From positions 124,001 to 188,000 of IMG/VR virus record IMGVR_UViG_3300031951_021456: a stretch of DNA of 64,000 bases. One strand, written 5' to 3'. This document shows, piece after piece, positions 30,416-40,323 of the stretch (its first letter is position 1; each line of letters begins with the position of its first letter). Both the position numbers and the translations under genes were made by a program. The notes beneath the pieces are model-generated. The model had not been told where the DNA came from. It searched no databases and saw nothing but the letters and a program-made list of their open reading frames with translations.

Positions 30416-31551
30416 TAAATATAAATATAGCCATAAAAGAACTTGAAAATAATTTAACTGCGGCTGGTGATATTTCTTATAATTCAATTGATAAGATTAT
30501 GAGAAAAATAATGAAAAGGCATAATCTTACAGCTAAAGAACTGCATTTTGGCTTTAAAAACAAACACAACAAAACTCCCGATGACTGGATTAAAATGAAA
30601 AGAAATTTAAAAGAGACAATTATAGATAGAGTTCTTAAATCTCTTTTTGAAGATGAAGAATGCGGTTGCGATGATTCATCTAAGCCAGTAATGTCGGTAG
30701 AGAGCATCGCAAAAAAGCATAAAGTCTCCGTTGAAGTGATTAAAGATCAACTAAAAATGGGAATTAAGGTTGAAAAAGAACATACAAATAATAAAGAAAA
30801 AGCTGAATCAATTGCTCTACAACATTTAGCGGAAAAGCCAGACTATTATACTAAACTTAAGAAAGTTGAAGCAGTTAAGAATGAATCTACAATTCTTACT
30901 GATATTTTGAGTGAGGTTAAAAAACCTTCCAAAAAGATGAAAGGTGAAGATCCTTGTTGGACGGGGTATGAAATGGTTGGAACAAAAAAGAAAAGAGGTA
31001 AGACTGTTCCAAATTGTGTTCCAGTTTCTGAAGCCACTTTGCCAGTTCAAAATGGTCATATAATGCAGATTCTTGTTTTATGGAGAGGAAAACTTATATC
31101 ATGTCAACTATTTTTTCCTCAAATTAGAGTTCCCAATAGGAATCAAATTACTGATGCAATTGTGAAAGTTTATCCAGATGCAAAAGTTGTGACATTCAAG
31201 CTTGCAACTCAAAATAATGGGGAACCTTTAATTCAAGTTCCTAATAGTCGTTCTAAGAATTATTTGTTGCAGAATAAGACAATTGGAGAAGATACCGATT
31301 TTTTAGATGAAGAGGGTCCAAGCCTTTCAGTTGGACGTGGAGAAAAATTATCAGTTTCTAGAGGAGGAGGTTTAACTGCTAAAGGAAGAGAAAAATATAA
31401 TAGAGAAACTGGATCCAATCTTCAGGCTCCAGTTACGGGAGATGTTGAAAAAGGAAGTAAAGCCTGGAAACGTAGGAAGAATTTTTGCAGCCGCTCAAGG
31501 AGCTGGAAGGGGCCTAGAGGCCTTGCAGCAAGAAGGCGTTGGAAGTGTTAA
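30412..31551 (+). CDS. Modular late protein (DUF5661-like module plus DPCW and Cys/Arg-rich C-terminal modules)
   Basis: QLKMGIKVEKEHT...IALQHLAEKPDYYTKL; DPCWTGYEMVGTKKKRGKTVPNCVP; RRKNFCSR...ARRRWKC; real start may be downstream of the late box. Confidence 0.6.
   Translation: MININIAIKELENNLTAAGDISYNSIDKIMRKIMKRHNLTAKELHFGFKNKHNKTPDDWIKMKRNLKETIIDRVLKSLFEDEECGCDDSSKPVMSVESIAKKHKVSVEVIKDQLKMGIKVEKEHTNNKEKAESIALQHLAEKPDYYTKLKKVEAVKNESTILTDILSEVKKPSKKMKGEDPCWTGYEMVGTKKKRGKTVPNCVPVSEATLPVQNGHIMQILVLWRGKLISCQLFFPQIRVPNRNQITDAIVKVYPDAKVVTFKLATQNNGEPLIQVPNSRSKNYLLQNKTIGEDTDFLDEEGPSLSVGRGEKLSVSRGGGLTAKGREKYNRETGSNLQAPVTGDVEKGSKAWKRRKNFCSRSRSWKGPRGLAARRRWKC
30420..30427 (+). promoter_or_regulatory. 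Late promoter TATAAATA (full T4 consensus)
   Basis: Exact T4 late consensus just after the gp16 stop. Confidence 0.65.
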
Positions 31552-31676
31552 TTAATAATGTTTGGCTGAAGATTTTTAAAACAAACATTTTCTTTATTAT
31601 ATAGAAGTAAAGCCCTCATTTTAGTCTCTACAAATTCAAAGTGTGGTGTGTAAGGCTTCGTTTCGTTGTAGTAGTA

Positions 31677-31841
31677 TCAAGGTCTATCACTATTAACAGG
31701 TTGAGTTTTATACATTTTAACAACATTCACATTTTTAACCTCAGTATAATAGTTTTCATAGTCTTCATCTAGTCTTCCAAAAATAACTTCTAAATCATCA
31801 GGCTGATCTTTTAGTAGTTCTTTGAGTTCTTTTACTTTCAT
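31677..31841 (-). CDS. Small hypothetical protein (54 aa)
   Basis: MKVKELKELLKDQPDDLEVIFG, a common small phage protein N-terminus. Confidence 0.6.
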   Translation of the reverse strand: MKVKELKELLKDQPDDLEVIFGRLDEDYENYYTEVKNVNVVKMYKTQPVNSDRP

Positions 31842-31861
31842 TTTTATTCTTAGGTGAGTAA

Positions 31862-32080
31862 TTAATAAATTTCTAGTTCTTCAACAGTAACATAACAATA
31901 AATTTTACTGTTACAGGATAGCGCCCAAGTATCATATTCTTCATTTCTCAATTTTTCAGCTTCAGCCTCTGCATCAGAGCTGTGGAAGAATAGCTTTTTT
32001 AATTTTGGGGTGGCATAATAATCCCACCCCTCGGCAAAAACGCCATAAACGGTTTTAGAGTTTGTCATTTGTCTATCCAA
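31862..32080 (-). CDS. Small hypothetical protein
   Basis: ORF track; part of the tightly packed minus-strand island. Confidence 0.55.
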   Translation of the reverse strand: MDRQMTNSKTVYGVFAEGWDYYATPKLKKLFFHSSDAEAEAEKLRNEEYDTWALSCNSKIYCYVTVEELEIY

Positions 32081-32366
32081 TTAATTCTTGAACTTCATCA
32101 ATGGGAATTTCGTCAATTTCATCTAAAATAACACACTCAGGGGGATTTAAATTAAAGGATCCTTTAATTGGCTGAATAACATCTATTAACCATTCTCCAA
32201 ACGAATCAATATCGCCAAGAGAGTCTTCTTCATGTTTTTCAGGATTAAATATAACACAAAATGTCACCTTATATCCAATTAGTGATTTTTTATTTTGTTT
32301 ATATTCTTGAATTTGTCTTTCAAGCTCATGAATTTCTTCTATAGAAAGATCTTTAAGATTAATCAT
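32073..32366 (-). CDS. Small hypothetical protein
   Basis: ORF track; minus-strand island. Confidence 0.6.
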   Translation of the reverse strand: MINLKDLSIEEIHELERQIQEYKQNKKSLIGYKVTFCVIFNPEKHEEDSLGDIDSFGEWLIDVIQPIKGSFNLNPPECVILDEIDEIPIDEVQELIG

Positions 32367-32394
32367 TTTTCTTAATTAATAGTTTATTTTTTAG

Positions 32395-32631
32395 TTAAAT
32401 TCCATAGTAATCGCAAAAAAGTTTAGGCTTATATGCAATAATATAATAGTCAGGAACATCGTTTGAGGTATTTTTACTATTTGTATCAACAAATTCTTTT
32501 TGCGCTTCTTCATATGAATCAAACATTTCAGTCCACGTACCATTCACCCAACCACTTTCACTTTCTCTGTATTCCACAACCCAAATATTACTTAAGGTGT
32601 TTAGTAATTCATTTATGTTTACTCTGGCCAT
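32395..32631 (-). CDS. Small hypothetical protein
   Basis: Start revised to ATG 32631 (MARVNINE), downstream of the TAAGAT -10; WVVEYRESESGW motif. Confidence 0.6.
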   Translation of the reverse strand: MARVNINELLNTLSNIWVVEYRESESGWVNGTWTEMFDSYEEAQKEFVDTNSKNTSNDVPDYYIIAYKPKLFCDYYGI

Positions 32632-32657
32632 TGTGTGGAACCTTGTAGATTTCTTCA

Positions 32658-32714
32658 ATCTTAACACACCTTTTGGTGGTTGAGCTGTTTTGGGTGCGGT
32701 TCTTAAAGTGTCTG
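32658..32714 (-). promoter_or_regulatory. Dyad-motif promoter D (CAGACACTTTAAGAACCGCACC-N29-TAAGAT)
   Basis: Degenerate copy of the motif at 54080, 56726 and 59353 with similar spacing to an extended -10 (TGt TAAGAT). Confidence 0.5.
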
Positions 32715-32838
32715 TTTTATTTTGCTTTGGTTTCTATGTGGTGTGGATTCAAATCATTTCCAAGTAATTGAGATAATTTTAGAGTTTTTGAGATAATGCG
32801 AGTCTTATTGGAAGGTTTTAATAAAATCCACTGTAACG

Positions 32839-32845
32839 CTAAATA
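32839..32845 (+). promoter_or_regulatory. Late promoter box CTAAATA
   Basis: Upstream of gp17 ATG. Confidence 0.5.
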
Positions 32846-32872
32846 AACACAAAGACACAACGGAAACATATT

Positions 32873-35515
32873 ATGTCAGACAAACACTATCTTGGGAATC
32901 CACTATTAAAAAAAACGAACACTAATATAGAGATAACTGAAGAGCAATTAATTGAACTTGGAAAATGTTCAATGGACCCGAATTATTTTGCAAGAAATTA
33001 TATGCAAATTGTAACCTTAGATAAGGGTCTACAGAATTTTGATATGTATCCATTTCAAGAAAAGATGTTAGAGTCTTTCCATAAGAATCGCTTTAATATA
33101 GCACTTCTACCGCGCCAAATGGGTAAGCCATTATTTATTCAAACTCCAATACCAATCCCGGATGGATGGTCTACAATTAAAGAGATAGAAGTTGGAGATA
33201 GTGTATTGGCTCCATCTGGTAAAGAGGTTAAAGTTGTTTCAAAAACTGAAACAATGTATAATAGAGATTGTTATAAAATTCATTTTGATACTGGTGAAGA
33301 AATTATTGCAGATTATGACCACCCATGGGAAGTGAATTGTAGTTATTGGTCTGCGGGTAAGAGAGTGGCAACAACCAAAGAAATCTTTGATATTTACAAA
33401 ACAAGAAAGCCTAATATTAGAGGTGGTGGAGTACAAGGACCGATATACATAGAAAAAAGTAATCCCGTAGAATTTTCCAAAAAAGATTTAAAAATTGAAC
33501 CTTATACTTTAGGTTTATGGTTGGGAGATGGTCATTCTAGGTGGGGAGTTATAACTGCTCATAAAGATGATTACGACTTTTATAAGACTAGAATGGAAGT
33601 TGAACTAGAATGTCCGATTGATAATAGCATCATTTTTAAAGTTAAAAATTTACATACAAAATTAAAGGTCGCTAAACTTCTCAATAATAAACACATCCCG
33701 CAAGAGTATTTACGGTCAACCTTTGACGATAGGCTAAAACTTCTACGTGGATTAATGGATTCTGATGGATCATTAACTAAAAATTCAAGATCTTTTGAAT
33801 TTTATCAAAAGAATTATTCATTGATCAAACAAGTTGCAGAACTTTTAGCTTCTTTGGGAATTAAATCTAGAATAAGAGATAAAATTATTAATGAAGAAAC
33901 CTACTACACTCTTTCATTTACTACAACTGAAATTGTTTTTGCTCTTCCCCGAAAAACTGCTTATATTGATTTAAACAAAAGGACGAGAAAAAATGAGGAG
34001 AGACATTATATTCATCATATTGAAAAGGTTGATAGTGTGCCTGTCGCTTGTATTCAAATTAACAGCGAAGAGCATCTATTTTTATGTGGAAAATCTTTTA
34101 TTCCCACGCATAATTCAACAACTGTAGTTTCTTATCTTTTATATTATGCCATTTTTAATGAGAATGTAACTATTGCTATTCTAGCAAATAAGGCAAAAAC
34201 TGCTATAGGTATTCTCAATAGGTTACAAACAGGTTATGAAAATCTACCAAAATGGATGCAGCAAGGTATTAAAAGTTGGAATAAAGGTTCATTAGAACTT
34301 GAAAATGGCTCAAAAATTGTAGCAAACTCAACTTCAGCGACGGCTGTGCGCGGAGATTCATATAATATCATCTTTCTAGATGAATATGCTTTCGTGCCTA
34401 GTCATTTGGCCGATAGCTTTATGAACTCTGTTTTCCCTACAATTACATCAGGAAAAGAATCAAAAATTATTATCGTTAGTACACCATGGGGTATGAATCA
34501 TTTCTATAAATTATGGAACGATTCTATAAAAGGATTGAGTGGTTATGCACCAATACGAGTATATTGGAATGAACATCCAAATAGAGATGAAAAATACAAA
34601 AAGGAAATTATTAGTAAAATTGGCCAAAATGCCTGGGATGCAGAATATGAATGCCAATTCCTAGGCTCATCCGACACACTCATAAGTGGTCAGAAACTTG
34701 GAAATCTCGTAATAGAAGAACCATTAAAAAGCCGAGATCTCTTAGATGTTTATGAAGATCCACAACCAGATAAAGTCTATGTAATAACGGTTGATGTCGC
34801 AGAAGGTGTTGAATTAGACTATTCCGTTTTTGTTGTATTTGATGTTTCCCAAATTCCATATAAAGTTGTTGCAAAATATAGAAATAATGATATTCCAAGT
34901 TTAAGATTTCCAGATGTCATTGAGCCTGTAGGAAGACATTATAATGATGCATACATTTTATGTGAAGTAAATGGAGAGGGGTGTCAGGTTGCTAATATTC
35001 TGCATCTTGAATTAGATTATCCAAATATGCTTCAAACTAAAACACTAGGACGAGGTGGCCAGGTAGCTGGTCAAAATTTCTCTGGAAAGGGGGTTAAATA
35101 TGGAATTAAGATGTCTAAGCCAGTTAAAAAGAATGGATGCCTTAATTTAAAAACTCTTATTGAAGAGGATAAACTAATCTTTAATGATAACGAAATAATT
35201 GATGAACTTACCACATTCGTTTCCAAATATAATAGCTATAGTGCTGAGGAGGGTAAGAATGACGATTTGGCTATGTGTTTGGTTTTATTATCTTGGCTAT
35301 GCACTCAAGATTATTTTAAAGAAATTACTGAAACTGATATTCGCAAAAAAATAAGAGAAGAGCATGAGAAAGAATTAGAAGATAATGACACAACACCTTT
35401 TGGGTTTATTTCAACCGTTGATAACTCAAATACTGAAGTTGATTCAGAAGGAAACATTTGGTTTGCTACGGATAATGAGGAAGATTTTTCTTATTTTTGG
35501 AACTATAACTTTTAA
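32873..35515 (+). CDS. gp17: Terminase large subunit gp17, intein-containing
   Basis: YLGNPLLKK; Walker A RQMGK|STT split by intein; Walker B IIFLDEYAF; nuclease ITVDVAEG and DDLAMCL. Confidence 0.95.
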   Translation: MSDKHYLGNPLLKKTNTNIEITEEQLIELGKCSMDPNYFARNYMQIVTLDKGLQNFDMYPFQEKMLESFHKNRFNIALLPRQMGKPLFIQTPIPIPDGWSTIKEIEVGDSVLAPSGKEVKVVSKTETMYNRDCYKIHFDTGEEIIADYDHPWEVNCSYWSAGKRVATTKEIFDIYKTRKPNIRGGGVQGPIYIEKSNPVEFSKKDLKIEPYTLGLWLGDGHSRWGVITAHKDDYDFYKTRMEVELECPIDNSIIFKVKNLHTKLKVAKLLNNKHIPQEYLRSTFDDRLKLLRGLMDSDGSLTKNSRSFEFYQKNYSLIKQVAELLASLGIKSRIRDKIINEETYYTLSFTTTEIVFALPRKTAYIDLNKRTRKNEERHYIHHIEKVDSVPVACIQINSEEHLFLCGKSFIPTHNSTTVVSYLLYYAIFNENVTIAILANKAKTAIGILNRLQTGYENLPKWMQQGIKSWNKGSLELENGSKIVANSTSATAVRGDSYNIIFLDEYAFVPSHLADSFMNSVFPTITSGKESKIIIVSTPWGMNHFYKLWNDSIKGLSGYAPIRVYWNEHPNRDEKYKKEIISKIGQNAWDAEYECQFLGSSDTLISGQKLGNLVIEEPLKSRDLLDVYEDPQPDKVYVITVDVAEGVELDYSVFVVFDVSQIPYKVVAKYRNNDIPSLRFPDVIEPVGRHYNDAYILCEVNGEGCQVANILHLELDYPNMLQTKTLGRGGQVAGQNFSGKGVKYGIKMSKPVKKNGCLNLKTLIEEDKLIFNDNEIIDELTTFVSKYNSYSAEEGKNDDLAMCLVLLSWLCTQDYFKEITETDIRKKIREEHEKELEDNDTTPFGFISTVDNSNTEVDSEGNIWFATDNEEDFSYFWNYNF
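33128..34114 (+). mobile_element. Class 3 intein (329 aa) with LAGLIDADG homing endonuclease
   Basis: Starts PLFIQTPIPIPDG (Pro1); block B ADYDHPW; LGLWLGDG and LRGLMDSDG; block F VACIQI; ends PTHN before Ser. Confidence 0.9.
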
Positions 35516-35527
35516 AAGCCCAATTTA

Positions 35528-35534
35528 ATAAATA
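35528..35534 (+). promoter_or_regulatory. Late promoter box ATAAATA
   Basis: Upstream of gp18. Confidence 0.6.
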
Positions 35535-35564
35535 CTATTAAGACTTATTGAATATAGGCATAAA

Positions 35565-37730
35565 ATGGCAACTCCACAATTATCTCCTGGTTATATTATT
35601 AGGGAAGTAGACCAAACTCTTGGTCGGGTTGATAATGTTATTGATAATATTGGAGCAATTGCCGGTCCATTTAATATTGGACCAGTAGAAGAAGCTGTAA
35701 CTATTAAAAGTGAGCAAGACCTTCTCAATGTTTTTGGTAAACCTCAAGATGCTGATTCTCAGTATGAATACTGGCTTTCTGCATCTTCATTTCTATCCTA
35801 TGGTGGCACATTAAATGTCATTCGGTGTGATGGAAGTAATCTGGTCAATGCAAACTCCAAGCATGATGCAGTTGGGGTTTCAAGTGTTGGTGAGGCTACT
35901 TTAAAAATCAAAAATTTCAATGATTATAATTTAAATCATACCAGTGATGCTAAGAATTATATCTTTGCAGCAAAAACTCCAGGACAATGGGCAAATAGCC
36001 TTAAAGTGGCTCTAATTGATGATAAGGCAGATCAAATTCTTACGGTTGGTGTTGCTGCTACTTCTGGAGTTATTGGTCTTGGTGTTACTACACCTCTAGT
36101 CAATCAGCCTGCTGCGGGGATTGGAACTACTTCAGTTTTTAATGGCTATTTAAAAGCAATTGTTACTGGTGTAGGTAATAGCACAATTGATGTTAAAATC
36201 ACATCTGTTGTTAGTTCTAGTAATGTTGAAACTCCAGTAACATACGCTGAAGGATCTCAACTTCGTTCCTTTCTCACTAACAATGTAGTATCCATTATCA
36301 ATTCTAGTGGTGTTGGTGTTGCTACAACCACATTAACCACTTCAAAAGATTGGTATAATGAACAGATTATTCCTTTAGCTAATAGTACGATTTATTGGAA
36401 ATCTATTGCAGCTAAGCCCGTTACCAATGAATATGTATTAGACAGAAATGGTAAAAATGATGCAATTCATATTGTAGTTGTTGATGATACTGGCACTATT
36501 ACTGGAATTCAAGGTAATATTTTAGAAAAACATTTAAATCTATCCAAGGCTAGTGATACTCGTTCAACTGTTAATGCACCTTTAAATATTTTCTGGAAAG
36601 ATTATATTGCGGAGTATTCTAATTATCTCTATGTTGGTGACAATCCATCTGATAATAGCAATAATGAAACAGTTTATGCAACGGGGTTCAGTAATGCTTT
36701 TACTGCTATTACTAATAGTTCAGGTCTTTGGAATCTCCCAGCTCAAAATAAAACATTCAGTGCAATTGGAAGCTCGGTTTTTTCACTTTTAGGTGGAAAG
36801 GATTATAATGCTGATGGAGGTATGTTACCAACACTTGCGAATATCGTTTCAGCTTATCAACTTTTCTTAAACCAGGATCGTTATCCATTAGATTATCTTA
36901 TTATGGGTCCTGGTTATGTTAATAAGATTGATTCTCAAGCAAAAGCTAATCAATTGATTAGCCTCGCTGAACAACGCAAAGATTGTATTGCAACGGTTTC
37001 ACCACACCGTTCAGATGTTGTGGGAATTACTGATAGTGAAATTCAAACAACTAAAGTTATTGAATTCTTTTCAACCCTTTCTAGTAGCTCTTATGCGGTT
37101 TTTGATTCTGGTTACAAATATGTCTTTGACCGTTTCAATAACCGTTATAGATATATTCCTTGCAATGCAGATGTTGCTGGATTGATGGTCAGAACGAACA
37201 TTAACTCTTTCCCGTGGAACTCTCCGGCAGGACAAGAGCGTGGTGTTCTTAATGGGGCTATCAATTTGGCATATAGTCCAGATAAAACACAAAGAGATCG
37301 TCTATATCCTGCTAGAATTAATGCAATTGTGAATTTCCCCGGTTTTGGGCCAACAATGTGGGGTGATAAAACTGCTCTTGGTAGATCCTCCGATTTTGAT
37401 AGAATTAATGTTAGACGTTTATTCTTAACCGTTCAACAAGCTATTGAATCTACAGCAAATTCAATTATTTTCCAAAATAATACTGAAGCAACTCGCTTAA
37501 ACTTTATTAATATTGTTGAACCTTATCTCAGAGACATTTTAAATAAGGGCGGGTTATATGATTTTAAAGTAATATGTGATACCACTAATAATACTTCTGA
37601 TATTATAAGTAATAATGAATTCCGAGCTGACATTTACCTTAAGCCAGTTAAGTCTATTAATTATGTTACACTTACGTTTGTTGCTACACGAAACGGTGTT
37701 AGTTTTGAAGAAGTGATTGGTAGGGTTTGA
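35565..37730 (+). CDS. gp18: Tail sheath protein gp18
   Basis: LSPGYIIREVD, PWNSPAGQERG, DRINVRRLFL, PVKSINYVTLTFVATRNGVSFEEV. Confidence 0.95.
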   Translation: MATPQLSPGYIIREVDQTLGRVDNVIDNIGAIAGPFNIGPVEEAVTIKSEQDLLNVFGKPQDADSQYEYWLSASSFLSYGGTLNVIRCDGSNLVNANSKHDAVGVSSVGEATLKIKNFNDYNLNHTSDAKNYIFAAKTPGQWANSLKVALIDDKADQILTVGVAATSGVIGLGVTTPLVNQPAAGIGTTSVFNGYLKAIVTGVGNSTIDVKITSVVSSSNVETPVTYAEGSQLRSFLTNNVVSIINSSGVGVATTTLTTSKDWYNEQIIPLANSTIYWKSIAAKPVTNEYVLDRNGKNDAIHIVVVDDTGTITGIQGNILEKHLNLSKASDTRSTVNAPLNIFWKDYIAEYSNYLYVGDNPSDNSNNETVYATGFSNAFTAITNSSGLWNLPAQNKTFSAIGSSVFSLLGGKDYNADGGMLPTLANIVSAYQLFLNQDRYPLDYLIMGPGYVNKIDSQAKANQLISLAEQRKDCIATVSPHRSDVVGITDSEIQTTKVIEFFSTLSSSSYAVFDSGYKYVFDRFNNRYRYIPCNADVAGLMVRTNINSFPWNSPAGQERGVLNGAINLAYSPDKTQRDRLYPARINAIVNFPGFGPTMWGDKTALGRSSDFDRINVRRLFLTVQQAIESTANSIIFQNNTEATRLNFINIVEPYLRDILNKGGLYDFKVICDTTNNTSDIISNNEFRADIYLKPVKSINYVTLTFVATRNGVSFEEVIGRV

Positions 37731-37768
37731 TTATTATTTCAATTATAAAACGGAGGTTTTAAAGTAAA

Positions 37769-38395
37769 ATGGCATCATTAAAAACAATCACAGGGTTTAA
37801 GAGTAAATTGGCTGGTGGAGGTGCTCGGTCAAACCTATTTGAAGTGAGTATTCCAGCATTTCCCAGCATTGTAACAGGTTGGGATAATGAAACCTTTGAA
37901 TTTATGTGTAAGGGTGCTCCAATTCCTGCTGCCATTACTCCTCCAGTTGATGTGGCTTTTAGAGGTAGAACCTTAAAAGTTCCTGGGGACAGGCAATTTG
38001 ATCCTTGGACTATTACCGTGATCAATGACGAAAATCTTAAAATTCGTACAGCTTTTGAGCGTTGGTCAAATGCAATTAACCGTTTAGATACTGGAACTGG
38101 TGTTACAAATCCTGAAGCATATATGGCTGCTGTTGGTTATGTGTATCAATATGGACGCGGAGCTGATACTGGGATTGAATCTTCTACAATATCAAATGCA
38201 ACTAATAACACTTCAATAAGGCCCATTAGAACCTATGTTATTCATAACATCTGGCCAAGTAATGTTAGTGCTATTGATCTTAACTGGGATTCTGTTGATC
38301 AAATTCAAAACTTTACCGTTGAGTTTCAAATGACTCACTGGACTGCTGGAGATGCTAATGGAGTTTCTGATATTGTGAGTGCTCCAATTAATTAA
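37769..38395 (+). CDS. gp19: Tail tube protein gp19
   Basis: GGGARSNLFEV, FRGRTLKVPGDRQFDPWTITVIND, IWPSNVSAIDLNWD. Confidence 0.95.
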   Translation: MASLKTITGFKSKLAGGGARSNLFEVSIPAFPSIVTGWDNETFEFMCKGAPIPAAITPPVDVAFRGRTLKVPGDRQFDPWTITVINDENLKIRTAFERWSNAINRLDTGTGVTNPEAYMAAVGYVYQYGRGADTGIESSTISNATNNTSIRPIRTYVIHNIWPSNVSAIDLNWDSVDQIQNFTVEFQMTHWTAGDANGVSDIVSAPIN

Positions 38396-38396
38396 T

Positions 38397-38403
38397 CTAA
38401 ATA
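38397..38403 (+). promoter_or_regulatory. Late promoter box CTAAATA
   Basis: Upstream of gp20. Confidence 0.5.
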
Positions 38404-38430
38404 GGTCAAAAGTAAGAGAATATTTTATTA

Positions 38431-40143
38431 ATGGCCAAATTATTTGGATTTTCTATTGAGGATAATGGTAAATTATCTAAATCTATTGTTTCACCAGTTC
38501 CACCAAACAATGATGATGGTTCAGATCATTATTTAACTACTGGTTTTTTTGGTTCTTATGTAGACATTGAAGGTGTCTATAGAACTGAATTTGATTTGAT
38601 TCGTAGATATAGAGAAATGTCACTTCATCAAGAAGTTGATGATGCCATTGAAGATATTGTAAATGAAGCAATTGTTTCTGACACAAATGATTCCCCAATT
38701 GAGATTGAACTTTCAAATCTTAATGCTAGTGATGGAATTAAAGAAGTAATTCGTAAAGAATTTAAAACGATTCTTGAGATGTTAGATTTTGATAGTAAAT
38801 GCCATGAGATCTTCAGGAATTGGTATATTGATGGAAGATTACATTACCACAAACTAATTGATCTTAAAGATCCCCATGCGGGTATTCAAGATATTCGCTA
38901 TATTGATTCAATGAAGATTAGGTTTGTTAGACACACTAAAAAGCAGAATAAAAATAACACGTTATCTAAGATTTATGGCGAAGAAAATGTAAATGAACAA
39001 ATTTTTCCAGAATTGGAAGAATATTTTGTCTATAACCCAAAGCAGACCTATCCAGTAGGAGCAGTAGATATGTCTGCTGGTTCTGAAAAGGGAATAAAAT
39101 TCACAAAAGACTCTATTGCTTATTGTACTTCTGGACTCGTTGATAGAAATAAAGGAACTGTTCTTTCTTGGATGAATAAAGCAATTAAACCTCTCAATCA
39201 ACTTAGAATGATTGAGGATAGTATTGTCATTTATCGTCTCAGTAGAAGCTCAGAAAAAAGAATTTTTTATATTGATGTTGGCAATATGCCAAAACCAAAA
39301 GCTGAGCAATTTCTTCGTGAAACTATGATGCGGTATCGCACCAAATTAAACTATAATAGCATTACAGGTGAAGTTGATAATTCTAGACGCTTTATGAGTC
39401 TTATGGAAGATTATTGGTTGCCTCGTAGAGAAGGTGGAAGAGGAACTGAAGTTACTACTCTTCCGGCGGGCAATAATCTCGGTGAATTAGCTGATTTAGA
39501 TTACTTCAAAAGAAACCTTTATAAATCACTAAATGTACCTGAAACTCGTATTGGCGGAGATAGTGGGTTCAACTTAGGTAGATCTACCGAAATATTAAGA
39601 GATGAAGTAAAATTTACAAAATTTGTAGGACGGCTGCGTAAGAGATTTTCTCGCTTATTTTTAGATCTTTTAGGAACACAATTAATCTTAAAAAACATTG
39701 TAACTCCAGAAGACTGGAAAAGAATGTCTGAGCATATTCAGTTTGATTTTCTATACGATAACCATTTTGCTGAACTTAAAGAATCTGAATTATTTACAGA
39801 CCGCTTAAATATGGTCTCAATGGCTCAACCATATGTTGGTAAATATTTTTCACAGGATTACCTCCGTAGAAAAATTTTACGGCAAACAGATGAAGAAATT
39901 ATTGAACAAGATAAGATAATTGAAAGCGAAATTGAAAATGGAGTTATCCCAGATCCAAATACTCCAATTGATCCACAAACTGGACAACCAATTTTAGATG
40001 TTGCTCCAGAAGAAATGCCACCACCTGAAGCTACACAAGCCACATCTGCAGTTGATAACATTAAAGGAGAATCTGGTAAAGTTCCAGTAACTCCAGATAT
40101 AAAGATTAAAGAGCCTAAAATGCCCAAAGGTGGTGAAATCTAA
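38431..40143 (+). CDS. gp20: Portal protein gp20
   Basis: WYIDGR, NQLRMIEDSIVIYR, FYIDVGNMPK, EDYWLPRREGGRGTEVTTLP. Confidence 0.96.
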   Translation: MAKLFGFSIEDNGKLSKSIVSPVPPNNDDGSDHYLTTGFFGSYVDIEGVYRTEFDLIRRYREMSLHQEVDDAIEDIVNEAIVSDTNDSPIEIELSNLNASDGIKEVIRKEFKTILEMLDFDSKCHEIFRNWYIDGRLHYHKLIDLKDPHAGIQDIRYIDSMKIRFVRHTKKQNKNNTLSKIYGEENVNEQIFPELEEYFVYNPKQTYPVGAVDMSAGSEKGIKFTKDSIAYCTSGLVDRNKGTVLSWMNKAIKPLNQLRMIEDSIVIYRLSRSSEKRIFYIDVGNMPKPKAEQFLRETMMRYRTKLNYNSITGEVDNSRRFMSLMEDYWLPRREGGRGTEVTTLPAGNNLGELADLDYFKRNLYKSLNVPETRIGGDSGFNLGRSTEILRDEVKFTKFVGRLRKRFSRLFLDLLGTQLILKNIVTPEDWKRMSEHIQFDFLYDNHFAELKESELFTDRLNMVSMAQPYVGKYFSQDYLRRKILRQTDEEIIEQDKIIESEIENGVIPDPNTPIDPQTGQPILDVAPEEMPPPEATQATSAVDNIKGESGKVPVTPDIKIKEPKMPKGGEI

Positions 40144-40167
40144 ATAGACTTAGTTAATTAACAACAA

Positions 40168-40323
40168 ATGGAAGAATTACTTGATCTTATTGCTGCAGAT
40201 GAATCTCCTGCAAAAGTTAGCGATTTAATTAAGCAAATTATCTCGTCTAAAGCTCATGAAAAAGTTGATGAACTTGTTCCTGAAGTTTCTGCATCTTTAT
40301 TTAATGGCCCAGAAGATGAATGA
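40168..40323 (+). CDS. Small acidic protein after portal (possible prohead core small subunit)
   Basis: MEELLDLIAADESPAKVSDLIKQII; CTAAATA box at 40140-40146. Confidence 0.6.
   Translation: MEELLDLIAADESPAKVSDLIKQIISSKAHEKVDELVPEVSASLFNGPEDE

Noticed and set aside
32718-32870. 50-aa minus-strand ORF (MFPLCLCVYLALQWILLKP...) upstream of promoter D
   Set aside because: Overlaps the gp17 late promoter and leader, no RBS seen; cannot be supported without homology.
4880-39201. Many short antisense or alternative-frame ORFs inside structural genes
   Set aside because: Fully nested in well-supported long genes, with no RBS or promoter support and no motifs.
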